From Mytilus trossulus (lineage: Eukaryota), in the NCBI RefSeq assembly GCF_036588685.1, contig NC_086378.1, forward strand, positions 33,604,001-33,668,000: DNA of 64,000 bases, given 5' to 3'. This document shows positions 14,401 through 25,707 of the stretch, in pieces. Below the pieces are notes generated by a model that was not told the DNA's origin, did not search any database, and saw only the letters and a program-made list of their open reading frames with translations. Numbering within the stretch: position 1 is the first letter of the stretch; each line of letters starts with the position of its first letter. The position numbers were made by a program, and so were the translations under genes.

Positions 14401-14613
14401 GGGAACCTAGTGTCTAGTCTTGTTTTGCGGTTAGTCGGAGGCTCAACAAATTTAGGGTAACAATTATTTAAAATGTTCCTCTGGATGCTATCTTTTGATT
14501 GTAAGAAGCTTATATCCAAGTTTGGTAAAACTCAAGGATTGTTTTGAATCTTATACATGTTTTAAATACTTTACATGCAGATTGTATGATAAGTTAACGT
14601 GAATGAAAAAAGT

Positions 14614-14733
14614 CTCAGATAAGGGATGATTAGTACAAGAAACAGTATTATTGAGAAATAAAGCACTTTAATCATCATTACAGGACGGGGAAACAGTATT
14701 ACAATTGGCATCTCAGAAAGGATACTTTGAGTT
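14614..14733 (+). pseudogene. Inverted truncated ankyrin exon copy (second unit)
   Basis: Same as 7696-7815 at +6918. Confidence 0.85.
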
Positions 14734-15306
14734 ATTTATCTATCAGCGGGTAATATAGAACCACACACACGACCAATCATACCTCGCTTCAGTTTTCTAA
14801 TGATCGTGTTTAGTCTATAAGAATCGAAATAACTCATAGAAACCATAGATGTGTTGTAAATGTCGATGAATTTTTTTTTAAGTATATTTTTAGCGTCCAT
14901 TGGCAAAAGATAGAGATCAGATTATCTATGCCGAGAACATATCAATGTGATTTACATTTGAAATCGGAAGTACCGATCTTCTGTTTTGATTTAAACGGTA
15001 TTGCTGTCAGAACGATTGTAGACTCATGTAAAATGCTTACAAAACGGCTCAATTTTAACATTTAAACTTTTAACATCGCTCCGTCATCGATATACACTGT
15101 ATCTAATTGCACATGTTCTACACGTGCCTAACTGAATGTCCATTAGTTTATTGATTGGTTGTTTGATTCATATAATGAAGTAATTTAGTTTTCTTGTGTT
15201 CACCATTTTAAGTCCTTTTAGATTTGAATACATTAACGAAAAATGCTCCTAACCTTGAGAGTGCAGTAATCTAAAACTTAACACAAACATAATGCAAAAA
15301 TGTTAC

Positions 15307-15411
15307 CTTTGCTGTTTTAACCATGGGATCCATTCCTTTTTCTTCTATCAGCCATTTTGTAAACTCAAAGTTTCCGCTCTGAGCTGCCAAATGTAATACT
15401 GTTTCCCCTTC
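15307..15411 (-). CDS. Ankyrin-repeat exon, duplicate of 8389-8493
   Basis: Same sequence and splice sites as 8389-8493 at offset +6918. Confidence 0.88.
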
Positions 15412-17848
15412 CTGTAATGATGATTAAAGTTTTATATTTCTCAATAATACTGTTTCTTGTTCTAATCATCAATTATCTGAGTACAAGAGGATGTGTGTCT
15501 ATGTTGGTTTAACTAGATGTTTGCAACATTTTATGTCATTGAACAGCCAATATGACAAAACAGAATGTCCATATCAAATCCTTTACGAATCGAAAAAAAT
15601 CCCAAAGGATATAATTATTCCCGGAGTTTTATCTCTTTTATGATAAAAAAAAATAAACAGCAGCGCCACGATTCTATTTCAAATATAATTATATTATCAA
15701 TCTGTACAAATGAAGAGAACGACGTGCAATCATTGTAAATTCTTTTCGTAATCTCCGGAATTTTCAAAACACTGTTATTGTTTACCCAAACTGTACAACC
15801 TGAATATTTTAGAAATAATGTTTTCTCAAATTTACATCAAATCTTGTGTGATAAGCTGTAACTGTTTTGGTTATAAATATATATCACATGAATCACTGAT
15901 CAAAACAGAATGAAGGAGTTTTTACATTTACATTGGTATTCTACATAACCAATAATATAATCCGAACACTTGTTTGATGTCCATATAACCTTTCTAATTA
16001 GCAACATGATTTTGTGTAAATACGGTATAAAAGAACCTATAATCAGACTGAGGAGAAGATATATATTTTTACAAAGGTTATGGCTTCCCTGTCACATCAA
16101 TTTGTTTTCTTTGTTTCTTTTATATGCATCAGACAATAATGGTATTAATCCATTTTGTAATATCACAATAAAACTTGTGTCACTAGGTTGACGCTTTCGT
16201 ATAAACATTTTAAACAAAATAGACATCAAACTATTCAGAGGTCAAAAGAGAACAAAATCTCGACTGTCATTCCGTATCCCTAGAAATAAAGATCGTGAAA
16301 GAACATGAAATGGTAGTCAAACAATGCAATCATATAGTGAACGATCTGGCTACGCTTCGTGGGTGTAAAAAATATAATTCAACTTCTAAACGTTTTATGA
16401 ATCACTATTTTTCGGAATTTGTCAAAGAACTTTGAAATAACGACAAAAAATTACTTGTATTTCGATTTCGATTTTAACGTATGAAAGCAAACTAAAGCAA
16501 AGTAAAGGTATTTCTATCATACTGTTACACGATAGCCATGCATTAATTGTATTGTATCGAATGTAGGGTGATTGGTTACCAGCGCAAACTATTACATATC
16601 GATGATCACTTAGTTGATCGAAGGGTTCAATGTAAAATATTAAAGTAAGATTCATTTAAAATACAGTTCATTACCCTACACTTATAACATGTAGCTCTAA
16701 TATTTAAACGTTCGTGTTGAGTAAGGTAAAGACTAACCTTAATTTACATTGTTTTGTTCGGCTTAGCTGACAGGGTGAGCGTTTGTCGGCAATATGCTAA
16801 ATTATGACTACCAGAAGACATTGTTTCGAACAGGGGCCGATCTTAAATACATGTTTTACAATTTTACTCAAAAATAGTGTTTGATTGTAGGAAACATGTG
16901 AATGTCATTGATATTATGATGTGATGAAATACATGCGGCTGTTTTCTGAAACATGCTTTGATGTCGGGTTTAAGGAATGCTCTGCTTTTAATAATACAAT
17001 CTTTCCTCTTGATTGCATATCATGTAATATTGTTCGTTGAAATATGATCATTATTTGTCTACGTAACTCTTTTTCGACACAAGAAAGATTTATTCATTTT
17101 TTTTGTTACTTTCATTAAATAAAATGTCCTAATCGTATTCGTTAATTGTCTTTATGAAACTTTTGAGTTCATGTTTGCAAACAGTACGGATGTGAATAAA
17201 GGATAAAATACATTATGGAAACTAATTCCTCTGGGGTGTAGTATACACTGATATTTTATCCTAATGCTCTCTTTTGATAATTTACACTCGGAAAGAGCAT
17301 TGTGCACTTCTTGTGCAATTAAATATATACAGCTACTAAAGTATAGTAGGGGATATTAGGTTTGTATTTTATTTGGGGAAGGGGTTACTGTTCCCAGGCA
17401 ATGCTAATTAGAGTATTTGTAGTATAATTCATTTTACTGATTTATTACAACTGTCCTTTAGTTTTCTTACCCATCAAGTTTAATAAATATAATTCATCTG
17501 AAAAAGGTCCACAACTCTGGAAGGAAAAATCAAAATTTCCCCCCAAAATATACAGAGTATATGACAATCATTAAAAACAAAAGTGTAAAGTTTGAATTTA
17601 TTTTCATAGTGATAAAATCTTTAATTTTGGATTTGATATCCTCTCAATATAACATAAATCACCTTTTTCATACTATTCTGTTATATTACTATCTTACCAC
17701 GATAAACACATATTCTTCAAAGATATCTTGATATAATTTCGAGCCATCTTTTCGTACTATTTATTCGCCTTACTATGCTATTTTGTCAGAATACTATATC
17801 ATACTAATACTTCTTTGAACGACGTATAGCTATAATAGTAATACTTAA

Positions 17849-17948
17849 NNNNNNNNNNNNNNNNNNNNNNNNNNNNNNNNNNNNNNNNNNNNNNNNNNNN
17901 NNNNNNNNNNNNNNNNNNNNNNNNNNNNNNNNNNNNNNNNNNNNNNNN
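17849..17948. other. Assembly gap (100 N)
   Basis: Run of 100 N. Confidence 1.
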
Positions 17949-19304
17949 ATATACTTTTTCAATTCGTTCATGTCCGTTAGAAGTCCATTTATTTCCGTTT
18001 CATGTCCGTTCATCGTCTGTCATATCAGTCGACACCCGTTCTGTCCGGTGGAAAATCTTGAGCCTGTTTAAAACTTTGAACGGGCGTTCAGCAGATGAAC
18101 TGTCCGTTGAACATCCGGTAGTCGTCGGTTTTTTTTTACCGTACTCGCCCGTTCCGTTTATATTTCATATTCGTTACTAAATTGTCCGTTATTCATGCGT
18201 TAGAGGTCCGCTATACTAATTCAACAACAGACTCCTACCGTACGCATAACGGATGAAACAGATGATCATGGTGAACGGATGTGAAACGGCATTTTGAAGA
18301 ATAAACCAAAACCAGTTACACAGAAACTGCTGGAATATTTTTGCATTTTACATGTCATTTTATTGTGGTCTTTTTTTTTCGCATACTAGCATCTTGGTTA
18401 TCCGTTTTATCAGCTACACTTCCGTTAGATTTTCGCTTTATGAGGAACTCTTCCGTTGGATGTACGATCGAAATCTGTTCTTTCCGGTATGTTTCCGTTT
18501 CTCGTACATTGCATATGTGTGTCTGTTATGCATTTGTTAAGCGTCCGTTTTATTTGGTTATTACACCAACGGATTCCTTACGGATAACAATTTTGTCAAC
18601 GGAAAACTTTAATGGTTGCTATCCTTTAAGGGTTGACCACAGCTTTATTTACGCGTCCTGATTTCATAACAATAGTCTTTTTTCATATTACCGACTTTTG
18701 ACCCAGGATCATATAACTTGTCGACAGGTTACCTTCTATTTGGCAGACCGTTCTGGTACTCGGTCAGGCAAGAGCCACTAAAAGAACTAAAATCCAAAAT
18801 AAAACCGATGCAATTTTTTTTTATTTATTTTAATTTTTGATGGGGGGTTTGTCGCTATTTTCTTATGATTTCGTCATGTATAGGTAACATTTATCGGTTA
18901 ATTTCCCTCCAGATTGTACCTTTATTAAGTTTATTCTATTTCTATATGTTGTTTTTACTTGACCAGGCAGGTACCAGGATTTCCGACCACAGATCAGGTA
19001 CTGATTAAACACGCTATGAATAAAACTACAATATAACTTGTAAAATGCAAAGATGCAATAAGTCCGCCTAGACCAAAATATCAAAAAAATGTTTGACTGA
19101 TCTCCTTAAACTTTGAATAAAAAGAAAAAAAGGAAAAGAATAGCTTTGTACCTTCATCTATGTGAGGATCTATATGCTTTGCTTTGTACAATACAATACT
19201 GAATAAATAGAAGAAAAATGACCCAAAACTAAAGAATTGAAAATAATGGGTTGCAAAAGTATTAAACTAAAAAAAAGTAACACAGAGCCGGTTACAGAAA
19301 GCCT

Positions 19305-19565
19305 GTAATTCTGTGGTTGTCGTTTGTTTATGTGTTACATACTTGTTTTCGTTCTTTTGGTTTTTTTTCATATAAATAAGCCCGTTAGTTTTCTCGTTGG
19401 AATTGTTTTACATTGTCATTTTGGGTCCTTATGTAGCTGACTATGGGGTATTGCTTTGTTCATTGCTGAAGGCCATACAGCTACCTATAATGGGGGGGGC
19501 TGTGACATGTTGGTCTCTTGTGGAGAGTTAACTCATCGGCAATCATACCATGTCTTCATTTTTAT
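19305..19565 (-). repeat. Interspersed repeat, AAGATGTGGTATGATTGCC family, reverse orientation (repeated in each 8.6-kb unit)
   Basis: Ends ...tcatcggcaatcataccatgtcttcattttt, the reverse complement of the 24858 element head. Confidence 0.65.
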
Positions 19566-20059
19566 ATAACAGCTTTTAAGGTTCACGTATTGAATTTCTT
19601 TTACAAAAAATCATTAATTGACTTAATTTCTACACATTTGCATTTGAACTTTAGCCTAAAACTATCTCTTATCTACACAAAAAAAACAGCACCTTAGATT
19701 GGAACTTCCAGTTGGTGACTAAGCATGTTGTCTTTCGGGAGAAATGAGAAGAACATTCCTTAAACAACAACATTTCACCCCACATTGAACAGTACTTTCA
19801 GTACTTTCATTAAGTAAACAATCAATGTCAGTTTCTAATTCTTATAGAACAAAACCAATATAAAACAATGCATCTTAATTAAACAATTATCTAATAATTA
19901 CTGCCAAACAAGCACTTGGGTTTATGATTGCATTTTTTTTCAAAAGCAACTTGTATGCCGTCTTAGAGACAACAAATCAAAACAAATTAATAATCGAGCA
20001 GTGTCATCACCATGTATGACAGGTTGGTTAAAGACGCATTTAATGAATAATAATTTAAT

Positions 20060-20365
20060 TGTTGATGTAACTCGAAACGATCTTCTGATTGGCTGACGTT
20101 ATTTTGTTACATGAGCCTATGGACATAATTTAGTCATGTGACCGTGACGTCATCAACGTTTTTTCATGCTTTTCTACGGTTTAAAATGGAACTTAGAATT
20201 AAATTATAAGAAATGACTGTAATATTTTTTCTGTCTATTCGAAATAACATTAAAAAAATGTGGTGCACACTGTTGAATAACACGCAACCCACGTTATTCA
20301 ATGTGCACCAATTTTTTTATGTTATTTCTTCATAGACAGAAAAATATAACAGTCATTCCTTTATT
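20060..20365. mobile_element. Non-autonomous element with a long sub-terminal palindrome (Crypton-like architecture)
   Basis: aatgactgtaatattttttctgtctat..gaaataacat.aaaaaa.tggtgcacact.ttgaataac / gttattcaatgtgcaccaattttttatgttatttc..atagacagaaaaatata.acagtcatt forms a ~75-bp imperfect stem at 20205-20362. Confidence 0.6.
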
Positions 20366-20368
20366 AAT

Positions 20369-20599
20369 TTGTATCAAGGAGAAACATCCAACAGTAGAAG
20401 ATGCGGTTGTGCAATTACTTTAAGAATGGTAGGAGTCGATAATCAAGTGATCAATCAACACGTGGGTTGGAGTTCCAAGGGAATGATAGACCATTATGCA
20501 CATGTTGTAAAATTAATGAGCACCGAAGGTCCAGCTAGCATTTGGGATAAGAGTCGTCTTTCTTCGATAAAGTTTCACAAAACTTTGTCAGTAATTTGA
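20369..20599 (+). pseudogene. C-terminal fragment of a tyrosine recombinase (DIRS/Ngaro/Crypton-type)
   Basis: GETSNSRRCGCAITL...INQHVGWSSKGMIDHYA matches the YR H-S-x-R-x-G-x-A ... G-W-x-S ... Y motifs, with H changed to N. 5' truncated. Confidence 0.75.
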
Positions 20600-23500
20600 A
20601 AGTTTAAATTTTGAATTTGTTTTATTAAATTTTGAAAACGTGATAATTATTTACACGCACTTTTTTCAGACGTTATGAATAACTGTATTTCAAGAAAGGA
20701 GAAAACTTAAACATTTAATTAAGGTAAATTTGATTTGTTCATAACTATTTTATGTATACTTTATATTATAAGTATTGGATAGTGAAAACTGTATTAAATG
20801 AGTTTAGTTTGTTTCGGTATGTTTATTATTTTACACACAGTTGCACGGTTTTTGGTTTGTTGTCCTTCGTATCTAACATATGAGAGGTACCGGGGTGAAC
20901 TTGTAAAATTCCGCTATTACAAGTTCATCCTTGGGTGCCTCGAATAAATAGATAACGCGGTCATCTTGTGTTCTGGTTTGTTGATTGTAACCCGAATAAT
21001 TCAGTCGTTATATTCCGCTGCTCTACGAAGGCTTCGTGTGGGAGAACATCGGACACGGAAAAGGCTTGAATTATTCGAGTTATGTTGATTGGAGTTTGCA
21101 GTGAAGGTCATAAGCAATATGGAATATGACAATGACATGCCCTGTGTGTTAATTTTCATCAAGTGGGTAAAGATTGTTAGGAAACGTATGGTATAATCAG
21201 CATTATATCATGTAACTATTTCCCTTTCATAACGGTATAACGGTATACTATTAGGTATAAATGGTTGTCTATTCAAGCGGCCCGTAGCTACAGCTAATCC
21301 TTCTCGAGACAATGAATGGCTGGTTAGGTGATATTTTCTCCAAAAACAATTCTGGGATTGCTAGCGCCCTCTATTCATTAACTATGCCCCCCCCCCCCTT
21401 TATCTGATATGTTTCGTCTACGTATGTTCGACAAACGGTCTTCTTTCGTATAAATGGTCTAGATGACGCTTTCTGAAAGGGACATCAAATAAACCAATTT
21501 GCAAATAAAATTACTATTTTAACGGATCTACGAAAACATGCCACTTGCTCTAAATGTATTTGCATTTTTGGATAATTTTTATGAATTACAAATTTACGTA
21601 TTTATGACAAATATGAAATTGATTTAATTCGGAATTGAGAGAATCAGTGACAACAAGTCGATCCATGGGAATCGTGTGTATGTACAATTATACCAAACGC
21701 GTCCGTTATCATGTGTCAGTCACTCGGAATGAAACGCTACATGATAATTGTTTTAAATGATACATTAAGACATTAATTAAAACATATTGTATTTCCAATT
21801 CTGAGCCCTTGTGTGATATACATTCTTGTTATCTTATTTCAACCAACTGCCAAAACGTTTAGCTTTTCTTCAATCACTTGAATAGTATACCATTATTATA
21901 TATATATAACATCTAAACGTTTACTTCTGCATATGCTGAATTAATCAAACTGTTTGGTTTTGATTCCCATAGATGTAACAAGTGATACAAATTAGAGTTG
22001 TATCCCTTTGTCCAGTGAAACGTGTATCGAAATTGTTCTCCCTTATGTTTACTGTCAAACAGATCACACGATAAACAATCTAGAACGGACAGCTTATGCT
22101 TATTTGATACCCAGTAGATCCTGGACTTCATGTTTCGGATATTTCGAATACGCAAAAGCCGAAATCATATTCTCTCGTTTTTCTAATCAACTAAGAAGAG
22201 CTGTCAATCTTTGTAAAATTATATGTTTTTTCAAAATATTTATTAAATAATATCAACGAAATTTAAGGCAAAATGTAACTACAAAAATAAATAGACTAGT
22301 GTCTTCATAATGGTGTTCTGAAGTCCATGTGAAGTAGTCTTTACAATAACAAATAAAGGATAAGATAAAATAATACCTGTGTAATAGTATACGAAATAAA
22401 ACGATACAGAGAAATTTTGCATGAAAATAACATAGCAAAAAATACATATAGGGCTGTATGTTCGGTATTATTATAGAAATGCGACCAGAAAATATTTATT
22501 CAGTTTGTAATGTATGAGTATTGGCATGTTGTAAGAAATTATTATAAAACGCATTTTTCCTTCAATAATTCGCACACGTATTGTGTCCCGATGTATCTTG
22601 TAAAGTTTAACAAAAAAATGACATTATTAAAAATTAAATTTTGATAGATAGAGGCTCGTAATGGAACTTGAAGTCAACCAGAGAAACTCATTCAGAGAGT
22701 TTAATTTTGGATACAATTATTGACCAATAAATTATACATGTATTTGACAAACAACCCGTCTAACTTAGCTATAAGTCTTAGTGTAACGTCCAACAGCCGT
22801 GCAGACTTGGTATACGTATTTATAGCGCGAACGTCGAAGAGAGCACCTGGATTGAACTTTTTTTTCTGAATTGACCAATTACGCGTTAGTTCTCTTCTAA
22901 TGTTTCTAGCAAAATGATTTTTTAGGCGGAATTTTATTTCGTCTGCTAGAAGTTCTCAAAGGATTTAGACAAATTACCCGCAAATCTCATTCCTGAAATA
23001 GAAACTTAGCATAACGGACTTTACATAACAATTGTAAGTTTATTATTCTTATAAAATTTAAATATTTGAGTGGTAATACAGGATGCAATAGTAATTTATC
23101 AAGAAGCACAGGGACGCAGACCATATTTTATTTATTTTGATGATGCAGCATTGTATTTATAATAGCTTGGTAGTTATATAAGAGGCAAACTCCAAAAACC
23201 CGGATTCTACTCTCAGTGAAAATAAATGATAGTAGATTTCAGTGCACTAGTTATTTTACGTTATCAATGTTTGTTCTTTGATTTCAAAATGTTGTTTTGA
23301 ATTGTTAGAGTTGTTTATAACTTTATGACGATAGAAATCAACTGTTGACGTTATCATATTAGTGAGAGCTGCTAAGAGTTCAGTCACAAATAGTACATGC
23401 ACATTAATATACCTGTTATCAATTATGCCCTGCTTATTCTCTCAACGCAGCTAGAAAATCCTTAACCCAGAAAACGCGTTAAAAGAACACCCAATTCTGA

Positions 23501-23937
23501 TGCTAGAATAGGTAAAAGAAGAAACTGTAAGCAAAATGACGATGATCATCATAAACACTAAAAGGGCAATTAGCAGTTAGTTATATGTATTTGCCTTCGC
23601 GATTATATACATGATTTCATGCAGCCGGTCGTAACATTTTTTTGTTCGTGATTAATTGCATTGATAAATCGAATAATATGTGGTTTGCAGAAAGAAACTG
23701 ACTTTTAACCAACAACCTACATCGTTCACCTCCAAAAGCTGACGCGAGACAAACAAGACTCTCATAAGATGAATACCAGTTGTTTGTGTAATACTCTAAT
23801 TTTATTAAAGTTACGCAACTCCATTTGATATTTCTTAACTTTTATTCCATACAGTATAAAATTCGCAAAATAAGTTCAAAATCAAATACCTTTTTTGAGA
23901 TTTTAGACATAATCGGAAATAATATTTTAACAGTTAT

Positions 23938-24321
23938 ATGGAGACGTTTTGGAGAAAACTTGAGGCAAGAATTTCAGAACAAACAACACAAGATCCATAT
24001 TCTGAGTGTTTAATTTGGAAGGGAAGCTTGGACAAACAGAAGATATATGGCACTGTTCATTATCGCGATCCCGTCGATTATAAATGGAAACATAGAAAGG
24101 CTCATAGAGTTGTTTTAATGCTGAGAGACAAGACTCTGCAGATTCCCCGCGATAAAGACGCTAGTCATCTCTGTCATAATTCATTATGTGTCAATGTTGA
24201 CCATGTAAACCTTGAACCTAGGGGTGTCAATAATCAAAGAAAAAGTTGTGACGTTGAGGGCATATGTTTCGGCCACGGTTCATACCCAAAATGCAAGCTG
24301 AACATTTATAATTTGAATTAA
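23938..24321 (+). CDS. His-Me finger / His-Cys box endonuclease, I-PpoI-like (zinc-binding loop homing endonuclease family), 127 aa
   Basis: Intact ATG-to-TAA ORF with ECLIW..G..YG..AHR..ASHLCHNSLCVNVDHVNLEPRGVNNQRKSC-x5-C-x2-H-x5-C, colinear with the I-PpoI SHLCHN..C.N..H...E....N..R..C......C.H...C core. Confidence 0.92.
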   Translation: METFWRKLEARISEQTTQDPYSECLIWKGSLDKQKIYGTVHYRDPVDYKWKHRKAHRVVLMLRDKTLQIPRDKDASHLCHNSLCVNVDHVNLEPRGVNNQRKSCDVEGICFGHGSYPKCKLNIYNLN

Positions 24322-24399
24322 CTACTATATCATAGTATGTAATTGTTTTGTACATCAAAACACTTTTGTATCGTTTTATATATTTGTTTTATTGCATGG

Positions 24400-24621
24400 T
24401 TGTCAACTGGTTTAAGTATTTCAACTGCATCACTGACCTGCCAACACAGAGGTTGTAATTCCGAACCCATCACGTGGTAGATGCGGTCGACTCCATTCTA
24501 AATTGACCGAAGGTTAGGTTCTCTCCAGACACTCCTGTCTCCTCAACCAAATAACAAATAACCGTGACGAATAGCCAATAGTGCTGAAAATGAAGGTTAA
24601 ACACAAAACAATCAATCAAAC
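24400..24621 (+). mobile_element. Degenerate tRNA-derived SINE with V-domain-like core (copy at ~33012-33233)
   Basis: B-box-like ggttgtaattccgaaccc, core ggttctctccagacactcctgtctcctc (cf. V-SINE GGTTTTCTCCGGGTACTCCGGTTTCCTCC), tail gttaaacacaaaacaatcaatcaa. Confidence 0.65.
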
Positions 24622-24857
24622 TACCTCTTAAGTGTTTATTGTACAGTCTGATACTACCTCTATGAACAAAAATACAATTATAGAATTAAGCAAAATGTAA
24701 TAAAAAAAAGTGGCTACATCGATAAATTTCTTTCGATTAAATATTTTTTTATTTTTCTATATTCAATTTTTATTATTTATGTACGTTGATTTTGTTGAAA
24801 AAGGAATACTGCTTTCTCAAAATTTGAGTAGACAGGCATATGAACCATTCAAATTAA

Positions 24858-25062
24858 TATAAAAAAGAAGATGTGGTATGATTGCCAATGAGACAACTAT
24901 CCACAAAAGACCAAAATGACACAAACATTAACAATTATAGTTCACCGTATGGCCTTCAACATTGAGCAAAGCCCATACCGCATATAGTCAGCTATAAAAG
25001 GCCCCGATAAGACAATGTAAAACAATTCAAGCGTGACTGACGACCTTATTTATGTAAAAAAA
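24858..25062 (+). repeat. Abundant mussel-type interspersed repeat (AAAAAAGAAGATGTGGTATGATTGCCAATGAGACAAC...), copy at ~33470-33674
   Basis: Same family occurs at 6475, 13385 and 19305(-), and as a 5' stub in the histone spacer (~42137-42166). Confidence 0.7.
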
Positions 25063-25069
25063 TGAAGGT

Positions 25070-25295
25070 CATCACTCAAGAAATTTTACGGTCGCCATCT
25101 TGAGCTGATTGGCCATTCTGACAAAAGTTTGTCAGAAATCCTATCTGATCTTCTTCCTCCTTCATAATAACCTTTTGTCATTACCGAACTGAACAAAGAA
25201 ATAACACAACGGGTGATGTATTCGGTGCAGGAAATGCTACCCTTCCGGAGCACCTGATTTCACTCCCGGTTTTTAGTGGAGTTGGTGTTGATTCT
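25070..25295 (+). mobile_element. 3' end of an RT retroelement (Penelope-like) with structured tail (copy at ~33682-33907)
   Basis: Translates SLKKFYGRHLELIGHSDKSLSEILSDLLPPS*, followed by acacaacgggtg...cccttccggagcacctgatttcactcc...gtggagttggtgttg. Resembles recalled bivalve PLE C-termini (S-L-x-K-F-Y-G-R-H). Confidence 0.55.
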
Positions 25296-25707
25296 TATTT
25301 ATTATTCATAACTGCTTATGTCAGTGTCTTTTGGTTTAGTGAGTCTTTTTTTACTCCTTTGTTTTGATTGTTATTGTCGTATAGAAACAAATAGTTGGTG
25401 TTTTTTTATTTAGATTTTATAAAGGCGTCAAAATGCAGCTTGAGAAAGTTTTTCGAAATTCACAACATAATAAATGAAATGTAAATGAAAAATGACGTTC
25501 CTCCTGAAAACGTCGCGGTCAAAGTACTTATAGTATTGTTTTATTTGTTCGTTTTATTATCTCTTGTATTCTTCCAACTACCAAAACAAGATCACATTTG
25601 ATACAATGTATAAGTGGCTCCTTTGTCATCAATTTTTTTCTCAAAATAAGGAGGATTGAAAATGTATGTATCTTGCAACTGCTCGTTTAAGCTCCGGTCA
25701 CACTTTA

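Larger units (their letters stand above)
4100..17848. repeat. ~6.9-kb tandem segmental duplication (2 copies visible, cut by gap)
   Basis: Identical ORF-track entries at offset 6918 (7260/14178, 9052/15970, 9504/16422). ~6730-10930 is nearly identical to ~13650-17848; ~4100-6700 vs ~11040-13620 is more diverged. 3760-4110 also matches 8895-9150 and 9715-9810. Confidence 0.95.

Noticed and set aside
23700-24600. Group I intron or rDNA host for the endonuclease
   Set aside because: Flanks are AT-rich with no recognisable rRNA sequence or group I core; downstream is a decayed SINE.
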